Below, piece by piece: positions 1 through 7,629 of a stretch of 39,393 nucleotides of DNA (positions within the stretch are counted from its first letter, which is position 1; every line of letters starts with the position of its first letter). The stretch spans positions 1-39,393 of the forward strand of contig CALBHM010000307.1 of assembly GCA_937892835.1 (NCBI GenBank). The letters run 5' to 3'. Source of the stretch: an uncultured Ruminococcus sp. Its GTDB lineage: Bacteria; Bacillota; Clostridia; Oscillospirales; Acutalibacteraceae. The notes under the pieces were generated by a model. That model made no database searches. It had not been told where the DNA came from and saw only the letters and a list, made by a program, of their open reading frames with translations. Position numbers and translations under genes: made by a program.

Positions 1-428
1 GCGTTCATGGTCGGCTTTCCGCCATAAGAAATGAGAATGTTAATGATTCTTTCAATATACGGTTCAAGCACGGTCAGCGTTTGCTCTCTGATTGCCCAGC
101 GAACCGTTCTGTGAATATGTCCGTCATATTTTGCTCTGAATTCTCTCGTGCTCAGTTTGACATATTCAAAGAATCGAAGCAAAGCACGATATGGTCGCTG
201 CTCGGCTTCACTTGCGATTTTTTCAAAATCAACTTCATAAGGTGCAAAGAAATTGTTCAGCACATCTTCGAAAAGCTCATCTTTGGATTTATAGTAATAG
301 TAAAATGCGCCGACGTCGGCACCGACCTCTTTCATGATTTCACGAATACCTGTTCCGTCAAAGCCTTTTTCAAAAAACAGGCGACTTCCAACTTCAATTA
401 TTCTGTTTTTTGTGCCGCCTTCAAACAT
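1..428 (-). CDS. TetR/AcrR-family transcriptional regulator (partial; C-terminus runs off the window start, so it is absent from the ORF track)
   Basis: Own minus-strand translation from ATG 428-426: MFEGGTKNRIIEVGSRLFFEKGFDGTGIREIMKEVGADVGAFYYYYKSKDELFEDVL... This is a typical TetR N-terminal HTH. The frame stays open to position 1. Confidence 0.85.
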   Translation of the reverse strand, partial: MFEGGTKNRIIEVGSRLFFEKGFDGTGIREIMKEVGADVGAFYYYYKSKDELFEDVLNNFFAPYEVDFEKIASEAEQRPYRALLRFFEYVKLSTREFRAKYDGHIHRTVRWAIREQTLTVLEPYIERIINILISYGGKPTMN

Positions 429-460
429 TTGCTTCCTTGCCAAAGTCGCACCGTCCTCTC

Positions 461-483
461 ATTACTGAACATTGTTGAATAAT
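461..483. promoter_or_regulatory. Imperfect 23-bp inverted repeat (ATTACTGAACA-T-TGTTGAATAAT), candidate TetR operator
   Basis: 18 of 23 positions are dyad-symmetric. It lies between the predicted -10 and the TetR start codon. Confidence 0.35.
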
Positions 484-493
484 TTGCAACGCT

Positions 494-522
494 ATTATAT
501 CTCAATAATAATCCGTTGTCAA
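494..522 (-). promoter_or_regulatory. Sigma-A type promoter for the TetR gene
   Basis: The minus strand reads TTGACA (522-517), 17 nt, TATAAT (499-494). Both hexamers are perfect consensus with optimal spacing. Confidence 0.6.
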
Positions 523-526
523 CAGC

Positions 527-562
527 AAAATAAAAAAGGTTGCCGTTTAGCACGACAACCTT
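527..562 (-). terminator. Rho-independent terminator after the 578..1222 gene
   Basis: The minus strand reads AAGGTTGTCG-tgctaaa-CGGCAACCTT followed by TTTTTTATTTT. Confidence 0.6.
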
Positions 563-577
563 ATATGCTTATTGATT

Positions 578-1222
578 TTATTTGGCTTTTGGATCGGCAG
601 GAATGAGATATGCGTTTTTGCCGAAGCCGACCTGTTTGAATATCTGATCCGATTTAGGGCTGTAAAGGTAAAAGCCTTTTTCATGCTGAGGATACATGAG
701 AATACAAAGCCTTGCAAGAAGCGGGAAAATAAGATAAGGAAGAAATTTTCCGAATACAACGTCCCAAGTTGTGAAAGCGGAAAAGCTGCAATTAAGCAAA
801 TAACTCCATACACCGCTGCGTGTAATCTTGCTGCTCATTGTATCAAGCTGTTTTTGGGTAAGGCTCTTTTTCAGACAAACGAAGTCGTCGGTTTTGGGGT
901 GATTATATCTGTAACCTTCAACGTTGTAATAAAGACCTCTGCCGCCTTTTATTGAATATCCGTAGGTTCCGACAGAAACGCCCTGACCCTTGGGTAGTGT
1001 ATAAAGTCCGACTTTCAAATCATGATTTGTGAGGTTTACAAAATAAAGCCATGTGTGACCGGACATATAATAAAGCCTTGCCTTTTGGCAGACATAAACC
1101 GTTGCAACATATTCGTTTTCATCTGTCGCCTTTGCGTCTTCGGCAGAAACCACAAAAGCAAAGCTGCAAAACAACGTTACGATAATCATGATGACAGCCA
1201 CAATTTTTTTGAACGTTTTCAT
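578..1222 (-). CDS. Secreted hypothetical protein with ordered His...Cys motifs (possible papain-fold PPPDE/DUF4105/LRAT-like hydrolase)
   Basis: 214-aa ORF with an N-terminal signal peptide (MKTFKKIVAVIMIIVTLFCSFAFVVSAEDA). Motifs SGHTWLYF and YLLNCSFSAF are present. It has its own terminator. Confidence 0.7.
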   Translation of the reverse strand: MKTFKKIVAVIMIIVTLFCSFAFVVSAEDAKATDENEYVATVYVCQKARLYYMSGHTWLYFVNLTNHDLKVGLYTLPKGQGVSVGTYGYSIKGGRGLYYNVEGYRYNHPKTDDFVCLKKSLTQKQLDTMSSKITRSGVWSYLLNCSFSAFTTWDVVFGKFLPYLIFPLLARLCILMYPQHEKGFYLYSPKSDQIFKQVGFGKNAYLIPADPKAK

Positions 1223-1372
1223 TTTACCGTCTCCTCAAAAACAATCTTTGCAAAGTATAGCACTTTATGTAAAATATGTCAATTATAAAAATACGGAAGT
1301 ATGCTGACGGCATACCACATCAACCGTAAAAGTAATATAATCTTAAGAAAAAGAGAGGGGACGTAATTAATC

Positions 1373-2008
1373 ATGGAAACTCAAAACAATTTTGACCAAA
1401 CACAAAACGCAAATATGAAGCCCTGCTCCTCGTGCGGAAATATGGTTTCAAAAAATGCTAAGGCTTGCCCAAACTGCGGAGCAAAAATCAAAAAGCCGAT
1501 TTATAAAAGGGTATGGTTCATACTTCTGATTATCATTGCGGTAATTATAGTTATTGCTGCCTTAGCGTCGGGAGGGGAAGATTCGGATAGCGACAATCAA
1601 CCGACAAGCTCAAATTCCGGAGCAGTTGTTAACGATTCGGGAGAATCAAATCTCGGTCAGAGCAAGGTGGAAATCAAGAGCTGCAAGCTAACAAAAGATT
1701 ATGAAGGCAGCCCCGCCGCTCTTGTCACTTTTTCCTATACAAACAACGGTAAAGAAGCACAGGCTTTTGACTATGCCTTTATTACGCACGCTTATCAGAA
1801 CGGAGTTGAAGCCGAGAAGTGCTATGTGCTTTCCGATGACGGAAATTATGACAGCAACAACAATCAGTCGAAAGAAATTAAACCGGGAGTAACTATTGAT
1901 GTTATGGTTGCATATAAATTAAATGATACAACTTCGCCGGTTGAAGTTGAGGTTGGACAGTTCCTCAGTTTTGATAATACAAAAGTGACAAAGACATTCA
2001 ACTTTTAA
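1373..2008 (+). CDS. Zinc-ribbon membrane protein with an extracellular DUF5067/DUF4352-like domain
   Basis: CSSCGN..(10)..CPNCGAKI zinc ribbon, one TM helix (VWFILLIIIAVIIVIAALA), a Ser/Asp-rich linker, then KDYEGSPAALVTFSYTNNGKEAQ, typical of DUF5067. RBS GAGAGGGG lies upstream. Confidence 0.8.
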   Translation: METQNNFDQTQNANMKPCSSCGNMVSKNAKACPNCGAKIKKPIYKRVWFILLIIIAVIIVIAALASGGEDSDSDNQPTSSNSGAVVNDSGESNLGQSKVEIKSCKLTKDYEGSPAALVTFSYTNNGKEAQAFDYAFITHAYQNGVEAEKCYVLSDDGNYDSNNNQSKEIKPGVTIDVMVAYKLNDTTSPVEVEVGQFLSFDNTKVTKTFNF

Positions 2009-2017
2009 TAAAATCAA

Positions 2018-2045
2018 AAACCGCTCACAAATTAGTGGGCGGTTT
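2018..2045. terminator. Hairpin terminator between convergent genes (better T-tract for the minus-strand kinase gene)
   Basis: AAACCGCTCAC-aaatta-GTGGGCGGTTT, an 11-bp stem with one G-U pair. The minus strand continues TTTTTGATTTT. Confidence 0.6.
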
Positions 2046-2050
2046 ATAGG

Positions 2051-3112
2051 TTAGAACAGGGAAAGCAATATAAAAAATCCACATAGCAAAAAAATAATGG
2101 AAAAAATTACACGAACGGCAATTTTTGTCGAATCTTTCATTGCAGAAAAATGCTTAATTTTTCCTTGAATATCGTATGGATTACAGATCAGGCAGAACGG
2201 AACGGCAAATGAAACAATAAGGTTTATGCTTAATAAAACTGCATGCAGCAAGCCCTTGCTTGCATAAATGGATGCGACCAAAGAAAAATCCATAAAGATT
2301 ATTATGAAATATATCAAAGATGCAAGGATTTTTAAAATCAATTTCTGATTTCTGAATCCCGGGAAACCGTTATCGTTTTTTAAAGTTATTTTGGGCTTTG
2401 AAAGCTCGTTTTTCAATTCATTGACACTTGAAAATCTGTCTGAAGAATCTATGGATGTGCATCGCTTAACAATTCTTTTTAATTTCCCGGTGCACATTTC
2501 TTCGTTGGGAAACTTGCCTGTCAGAAGAACATTGAGAAGCACGCCGACCGCATATATATCAGTCCTTTCATCGGTTTGTGAAAAACCGAATTGCTCGGGG
2601 GCGGCATAGCCGGCCGTGCCGAGGATATATGTATCCCTTGATGCATTTTCTTTTGATGTTCTTGCAATGCCGTAGTCAATTATCTTGACATTGCCGTCAT
2701 AAGAGAGGATAATATTAGCGGCGGTTATGTCGCGGTGAATTATGCCGTTTGCATGAAGCATTTCAAGTCCGTTACATATATCAGCCGCAATGCTTAACGC
2801 TTCCTCTTCGCCGAAAATTTTTCCTTCATCAATGAAGCTTTGTATTGAGCGACCCGGAACGAACTCGGAATAGGAATAGAATGTTCCATTTTCTTCGGTA
2901 ACTTTTATTACAGCCGCAAGATTTTTGTGACGGATTGTGCAAAGCTTTTTCATTATATCTGCGTTGATGTTGTCAAGTCGTTTCTTTATCATTATTTCTC
3001 CGCTTTGCATATTGCGGACGATTGCGCTGCTTTCGTTTAACTGTTTTAAATCTTCGATGTTCCATACAAAAAGTTTTTGCACAAGCTCATTCAAAAAATC
3101 ACCGCCATCCAT
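2051..3112 (-). CDS. Membrane-anchored Hanks-type Ser/Thr protein kinase-like protein with atypical catalytic motifs
   Basis: Motifs HRDITAAN, DYG (in place of DFG), GTAGYAAPE, DIYAVGVLL and MIKK (VAIK-like), plus about 4 C-terminal TM helices. Start chosen at ATG 3112 (MDGGDFLNEL...), because the longer ORF up to 3415 would overlap the divergent gene. Confidence 0.8.
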   Translation of the reverse strand: MDGGDFLNELVQKLFVWNIEDLKQLNESSAIVRNMQSGEIMIKKRLDNINADIMKKLCTIRHKNLAAVIKVTEENGTFYSYSEFVPGRSIQSFIDEGKIFGEEEALSIAADICNGLEMLHANGIIHRDITAANIILSYDGNVKIIDYGIARTSKENASRDTYILGTAGYAAPEQFGFSQTDERTDIYAVGVLLNVLLTGKFPNEEMCTGKLKRIVKRCTSIDSSDRFSSVNELKNELSKPKITLKNDNGFPGFRNQKLILKILASLIYFIIIFMDFSLVASIYASKGLLHAVLLSINLIVSFAVPFCLICNPYDIQGKIKHFSAMKDSTKIAVRVIFSIIFLLCGFFILLSLF

Positions 3113-3125
3113 TTCAGATAGGAGT

Positions 3126-3134
3126 ATTATAACA
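3126..3134 (-). promoter_or_regulatory. Candidate extended -10 element (TGTTATAAT) for the kinase gene
   Basis: The minus strand reads TGTTATAAT and ends 13 nt before kinase ATG 3112. No Shine-Dalgarno sequence lies between them. Confidence 0.35.
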
Positions 3135-3556
3135 TGAAAAAATCCACTGCGCAACTGCAAGAGATGTTGAAAAAGTGCAACAGTCTTAATGAATACCTTA
3201 AAGAGAATGAAACGAGCTTTACAACAGGTAAACCCAACGATATTTTGAATGCAGAAATAGAAAAGAGAAATTTTGCAAAGGCCGACGTGATAAGAAAATC
3301 GGGAATTGAGAGACATTATGCTTATCAAATCCTTTCCGGAAAGAAAACTCCTTCCCGAGACAAATTGTTGATGTTCTGCATCGGATTGGAAATGACGGCC
3401 GAGGAAACGCAGCATTTTTTACTTGAATGTTCCGCTCCGATTCTTTATGCAAAAAACAAGAGAGACAACGTGATTTTATTTGCCTTTGAAAATAAACTGA
3501 CTGTTATAGAACTCAATGAGTTACTGTACGAACTCAACCTTGAAATTTTCGAATAA
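3134..3556 (+). CDS. Small XRE-like helix-turn-helix protein, divergent from the kinase
   Basis: 140 aa. HTH-like segment KADVIRKSGIERHYAYQILSGKKTPSRDKLL. AGGAG (3120-3124) lies 9 nt before the ATG, and a terminator follows. Confidence 0.75.
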   Translation: MKKSTAQLQEMLKKCNSLNEYLKENETSFTTGKPNDILNAEIEKRNFAKADVIRKSGIERHYAYQILSGKKTPSRDKLLMFCIGLEMTAEETQHFLLECSAPILYAKNKRDNVILFAFENKLTVIELNELLYELNLEIFE

Positions 3557-3563
3557 TTATACG

Positions 3564-3597
3564 AGCACTTCGATGTAAAAAATCGGAGTGCTTTTTT
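3564..3597 (+). terminator. Rho-independent terminator
   Basis: AGCACTTCG-11 nt loop-CGGAGTGCT, 9 bp including one G-U pair, followed by TTTTTT. Confidence 0.7.
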
Positions 3598-3611
3598 ATA
3601 TAATGTTCCGA

Positions 3612-3640
3612 TTTACTTTAGTTTTTGGCTATGATATAAT
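3612..3640 (+). promoter_or_regulatory. Sigma-A promoter with extended -10 for the transporter/GH5 operon
   Basis: TTTACT (3612-3617), 17 nt, TATAAT (3635-3640), preceded by TGa (TGATATAAT). Confidence 0.55.
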
Positions 3641-3670
3641 CAAATCATAACTTTGGACGGAGTGATGCTC

Positions 3671-6070
3671 ATGGATATAAATATAAAGGAGAAGGCCTCA
3701 ACTCTGCGTGATGATTTGCGCCTTTACTGGAAGAAGCCGCCAATGGGTCGGTATATGTCCTTTAAAGAAATAGTGTCGCTTGCTGTGGGCGGTCTAGGAA
3801 TTCAATTCGTTGTTTTCTGTGCGCAGAACATGATAATCAGTATCGGTAATACTCTGATAAGTAACACTATCGGAATTGCACCGAAGCCGATGTATATAAT
3901 ATACATTCTCAGCGTTATTCTCAGCTTTCCGCTGACGGCGCTCAGAGGAAAAATTATTGACTCCTCAAAGAGCAAAAAGGGTCGCTATCGTCCGTTTATT
4001 CTTTCGATGGGTTTGCCTACGGCGATTCTTGCAATCGGATTTGTTTATATGCCATATGAACGAATGTCGATGCTTGCAAAATGTATCACTGTTTTGCTTT
4101 ACAATATCGGCTTGCAATTTTTTTATATGTTTTATTACGACGTTGATCAAAGTATCATCAACGTTCTTTCACCGAATACATTTGAGCGCAGCGACGTAAC
4201 ATCAATCAAGTCAGTTGTTAATTCGCTTGCACCGACATTGGGCAATGTGCTTCTCCCGCTTGTTGCAAGGGCAATCACCGGCGAAAATACGCTTGTCGAT
4301 ATCAGGATTTACAGGACATTTTATCCTCCCATGATCATATTCGGATTTATCCTCGGACTGCTTGTTTATTTCAACACCGAGGAAAAAATTGTTCAGGCGA
4401 AAACTCACACAGTAAAGATTAAATTTGCCGACGCATTCCGTGCCGTTGTTCGCAATAAATATTTTTGGATAATTTCTTTGGCGGGCTGGATAGGATTCCT
4501 TGAGAATGCCGTTCAGAATATTATGGACTGGCTCTACAGCTATCAGGATGCATGCAGTGCGGCCGAATATTCTCTTATCGTCACAATAAGAGGTAATGCG
4601 TCGCTTTGGCCGATGCTTTTTATTCCGTTTCTTATCCGTGTACTTGGCAAGAGAAAAATTCTTGTTGTAAGCAATATTATTAATGTAATTTTCATTATAC
4701 TTATGCTGCCGATAATAAGGCTCGGAGATCCGTCGCAGATTATTTGGCCATTGATGTTCTGCTTCTTCTTTAACTACATGGCAGCATTTGCCGTAACGCT
4801 TTTGACTCCCGGCGTCAACGGAGATATAAGAGACTATCAGCAATATATAACAGGTGAGCGAATCGACGGAATGTTTGTTGCCGTCGGCGCAATAGGAAGC
4901 ATAGTTACTCTTATTACAAACGCCGCTCTTCCCGAGCTTTATGACCGTTCCGGTCTTAACGAAGATGTTGCAAGAAGCCTCGGCTTTGACGGCAGCAATG
5001 TATATGAGGTTCTTTCCGACCCGTGGTATTTTAAAAACATTTGCAGCGTATTAATTATTGCCGCAACCATTGGTGCAACGCTGAATGTTATTCCGTATTT
5101 CTTCTATGACTTGACCGAGATTAAGCAAAAGGCGATGGTGACGGTTCTCAAAATCAGAGCTTTGTTTGAGGATTACGGTAACGGAGTTCTTTCCGATGCT
5201 GCTCTTGTTGAAGCGATTGATATTATCGAAGAAGCAAAGATTTATCACGATAAAAAGATTGTAAAGCCGACAAAGGACGAAATTAAAAAGGCGAAGAAAA
5301 CAAAAGATAAATCAGCTGTGAAAGCGGCAAAGCAAAATTATAAAAATCAAAAAGAAGAAAACGAGAAAATAGAAATCGCTCAGTATGTTATCAAAGAGAT
5401 AAACAAGTTTGACTCCGAAGCGGTTAAGGCTCAGCTGGAAGAAGCAAAGAAAATTTATTCCGCAGGACTTGAGGGACTTTACTCTCTCGAAATTCCGTCA
5501 ATGAAAGAGGCAAAGGCTATGCCGAAATCCACTGAGGAGGAAAAGGATATGCGTCGCAATGCGATAAACAGAGTGCGCATGATCAAGGATTCCAAAAAGA
5601 TTTTGGCAAAGAAATACGCCGACGGAATCGAAAAATTTGACGTCAGGGTTTTTGAACAGCTCTTTGAAAAGGAAGATGAGCTTGACGCTCAGATTAAAGA
5701 GGCTGTTAACGAATTGAGAGCGGCTGCTAAGGCTAAGAATAAGGTTGCCGAGAAAATAGCGAATGAAAAAATTAAGGATCTCAGAAAAAGCAGAGATGAA
5801 ATTCGCAAAAAAATCAAGGCTGCAACAGATGAGAATTCAACCTACACCAGAGCAGCGAAACCGTATATTGAAGCGGAAAAGCTCTTGAAGCAAAGAGAGA
5901 ATTATCTTCATTATGAGGATATAAAATCCCGCTATGAGGAATCCAAAAAGCGTAACGACGAAGAAATTCAGCGTCGAATTGCAGAGGAGGAAGAGATAAA
6001 GGCAAAGCGCAAAGAATATGCCGCAAAAGCAAAGGAACAACGCAGAAATAAAGGAGGCAAAAATGGATAA
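3671..6070 (+). CDS. GPH-family (MelB/XylP-like) glycoside:cation symporter with a roughly 300-aa Lys/Glu-rich C-terminal extension
   Basis: About 12 TM segments and the GPH-like motif KKGRYRPFILSMGLPTAI. The tail from about 5110 is K/E/A-rich. Start chosen at ATG 3671 (GGAG 8 nt upstream); the ORF track begins at TTG 3653. Confidence 0.8.
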   Translation: MDINIKEKASTLRDDLRLYWKKPPMGRYMSFKEIVSLAVGGLGIQFVVFCAQNMIISIGNTLISNTIGIAPKPMYIIYILSVILSFPLTALRGKIIDSSKSKKGRYRPFILSMGLPTAILAIGFVYMPYERMSMLAKCITVLLYNIGLQFFYMFYYDVDQSIINVLSPNTFERSDVTSIKSVVNSLAPTLGNVLLPLVARAITGENTLVDIRIYRTFYPPMIIFGFILGLLVYFNTEEKIVQAKTHTVKIKFADAFRAVVRNKYFWIISLAGWIGFLENAVQNIMDWLYSYQDACSAAEYSLIVTIRGNASLWPMLFIPFLIRVLGKRKILVVSNIINVIFIILMLPIIRLGDPSQIIWPLMFCFFFNYMAAFAVTLLTPGVNGDIRDYQQYITGERIDGMFVAVGAIGSIVTLITNAALPELYDRSGLNEDVARSLGFDGSNVYEVLSDPWYFKNICSVLIIAATIGATLNVIPYFFYDLTEIKQKAMVTVLKIRALFEDYGNGVLSDAALVEAIDIIEEAKIYHDKKIVKPTKDEIKKAKKTKDKSAVKAAKQNYKNQKEENEKIEIAQYVIKEINKFDSEAVKAQLEEAKKIYSAGLEGLYSLEIPSMKEAKAMPKSTEEEKDMRRNAINRVRMIKDSKKILAKKYADGIEKFDVRVFEQLFEKEDELDAQIKEAVNELRAAAKAKNKVAEKIANEKIKDLRKSRDEIRKKIKAATDENSTYTRAAKPYIEAEKLLKQRENYLHYEDIKSRYEESKKRNDEEIQRRIAEEEEIKAKRKEYAAKAKEQRRNKGGKNG

Positions 6071-7535
6071 GCTTACGGTTAAGGGTACACGAATAGTCGA
6101 TTCACACGGACGTGAAAGAATTTTGACGGGTCTCAACGTGTGCGATAAGGGCAGATATATCGAGGGTCAAAGACGGATTTACGGCGAGCAGTGGAATAAA
6201 GGTCTTGCAGCCGACATGAAGGCTCACGGAATGGACCTTGTACGCCTCGGAATAACATGGGATGCAATCGAGCCCGAGCCGGGTGAATACAATGAAGAAT
6301 ATCTTGATTTTATCGGCGGAATTCTCGATGAATGTAAGGAATCGGGAGTTTATGTTTATCTCGATATGCACCAGGATCTCTTCTCGGGCACAGAGCTCCT
6401 CTGCGGCGACGGTGCACCGAAATGGGCTACGCTGACAGGCAAATATAAATACCAGCCGACCAAAATTGTTTGGGCTGAGGGCTACTTCTGGGGCAAGGCA
6501 GTTCACAGTGCATTTGATTCTTTTTGGGACAATGCCGAGGTCAACGGTAAGGGCGTACAGGTTTGGTTTGAAGAAATGTGGACGCACATTATTGAAAAAT
6601 TCGGCGATCATCCGGCGGTAATCGGTTTTGATTTCTTCAACGAACCGTTCCCCGGAAAGAGCGGCGGAAAGGTTTTTCGAGAGGTAATCGGACGTCTCGT
6701 TTCGACAACCGTTTTTGATAAAACAATATCGAAGAAAAAACTTATTGAGCTTGCAACAAAGAGCGACGACCCGGCAAGAGTGCTCGACCTTTATACAGGC
6801 AAGCACCTGAGAAAAATTACAAGCGCAGGCGACGATATCATCAAAACCTTCGACACAAAAAAGTATTTTCCGTTCATAAACAAAATGGCGAGAGCAACGA
6901 GAAAATGCGGCAACGAAAAATTTGTTTTTCTTGAAAACAGCTACTATTCCAATCTCGGAATTCCTTATTCATGTCCACGTCCGATTCTTTCGGGTAAGAC
7001 AGAGAATAACGTTATTTTTTCACCGCACGCTTACGATTTTATGGTGGATACCCCATCATATAAATACGCAAGCAACGATCGTGTCGGTTCGATTTTTGCC
7101 GAGCACAGACGTTCTCAACAGCGGCTCGGAGTTCCCGTTATAGTCGGCGAATGGGGCGGCTTTACCGAGGGTGACGAATGGTTTCCGCATATTGAATTTC
7201 TGCTTGATTTGTTTGACTCGTACAAGTGGAGCAACACCTATTGGTGCTATTTCGGCGGCTTTACGGATACGGAGGTTTACCAAAAGGTTCTCACCCGTCC
7301 GCACCCCGTGGCTGTCACAGGCGAGATTGAAAGCTACGGCTATGACCGTGAAAATAAGGAGTTTCATCTCAACTTCGTTCAGCGTGAGGAGACAAAAGCA
7401 AAGACGGAAATTTTTGTTCCGTCCGTGCCGAAATATGCCGAGCTTGATGGCGAAGAAATTGAAATAAAACGAAAAGGAATTTTCAGATTTTCGACCGCAC
7501 CCGGCGAGCATAGAATTAAAATTATTTTCAAATAA
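6063..7535 (+). CDS. Glycoside hydrolase family 5 (endoglycoceramidase/beta-glycosidase-like), cytoplasmic
   Basis: VRLGITWDAIEPEPGEY, YVYLDMHQDLFS, GDGAPKWA, FFNEPFPG (acid/base Glu) and VIVGEWGG (nucleophile Glu). ATG 6063 is preceded by AAAGGAGG and overlaps the transporter stop codon by 8 nt. Confidence 0.85.
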   Translation: MDKLTVKGTRIVDSHGRERILTGLNVCDKGRYIEGQRRIYGEQWNKGLAADMKAHGMDLVRLGITWDAIEPEPGEYNEEYLDFIGGILDECKESGVYVYLDMHQDLFSGTELLCGDGAPKWATLTGKYKYQPTKIVWAEGYFWGKAVHSAFDSFWDNAEVNGKGVQVWFEEMWTHIIEKFGDHPAVIGFDFFNEPFPGKSGGKVFREVIGRLVSTTVFDKTISKKKLIELATKSDDPARVLDLYTGKHLRKITSAGDDIIKTFDTKKYFPFINKMARATRKCGNEKFVFLENSYYSNLGIPYSCPRPILSGKTENNVIFSPHAYDFMVDTPSYKYASNDRVGSIFAEHRRSQQRLGVPVIVGEWGGFTEGDEWFPHIEFLLDLFDSYKWSNTYWCYFGGFTDTEVYQKVLTRPHPVAVTGEIESYGYDRENKEFHLNFVQREETKAKTEIFVPSVPKYAELDGEEIEIKRKGIFRFSTAPGEHRIKIIFK

Positions 7536-7579
7536 AAGAACAACTTTCCTGCAAAAAATTGTGGGAAAGTTGTTCTTTT
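7534..7579. terminator. Bidirectional rho-independent terminator between convergent genes
   Basis: Perfect 16-bp stem AAAAGAACAACTTTCC / GGAAAGTTGTTCTTTT with a 14-nt loop and T-rich tracts on both sides. Confidence 0.75.
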
Positions 7580-7629
7580 ATTTATTATTTTTTCTTGTGC
7601 TTCGGCTTTTTCTTTAATTCATTTTCTCC

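Noticed and set aside
81-482. 133-aa plus-strand ORF
   Set aside because: It is antisense to the clearly recognisable TetR coding sequence and has no family features.
3113-3415. N-terminal 101-aa extension of the kinase ORF in the track (start at 3415)
   Set aside because: The extension would run antisense through most of the HTH gene and has no kinase-like or membrane-like sequence. The kinase N-lobe begins right after the internal ATG at 3112.
5250-6067. Possibility that the K/E-rich region is a separate gene or a DNA-level tandem repeat
   Set aside because: The reading frame is continuous with the transporter, with no internal RBS/start context. I could not find a regular nucleotide repeat period. 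It is treated as a low-complexity protein tail.
6102-6806. 234-aa minus-strand ORF
   Set aside because: It lies entirely antisense within the GH5 gene. No RBS or motifs.
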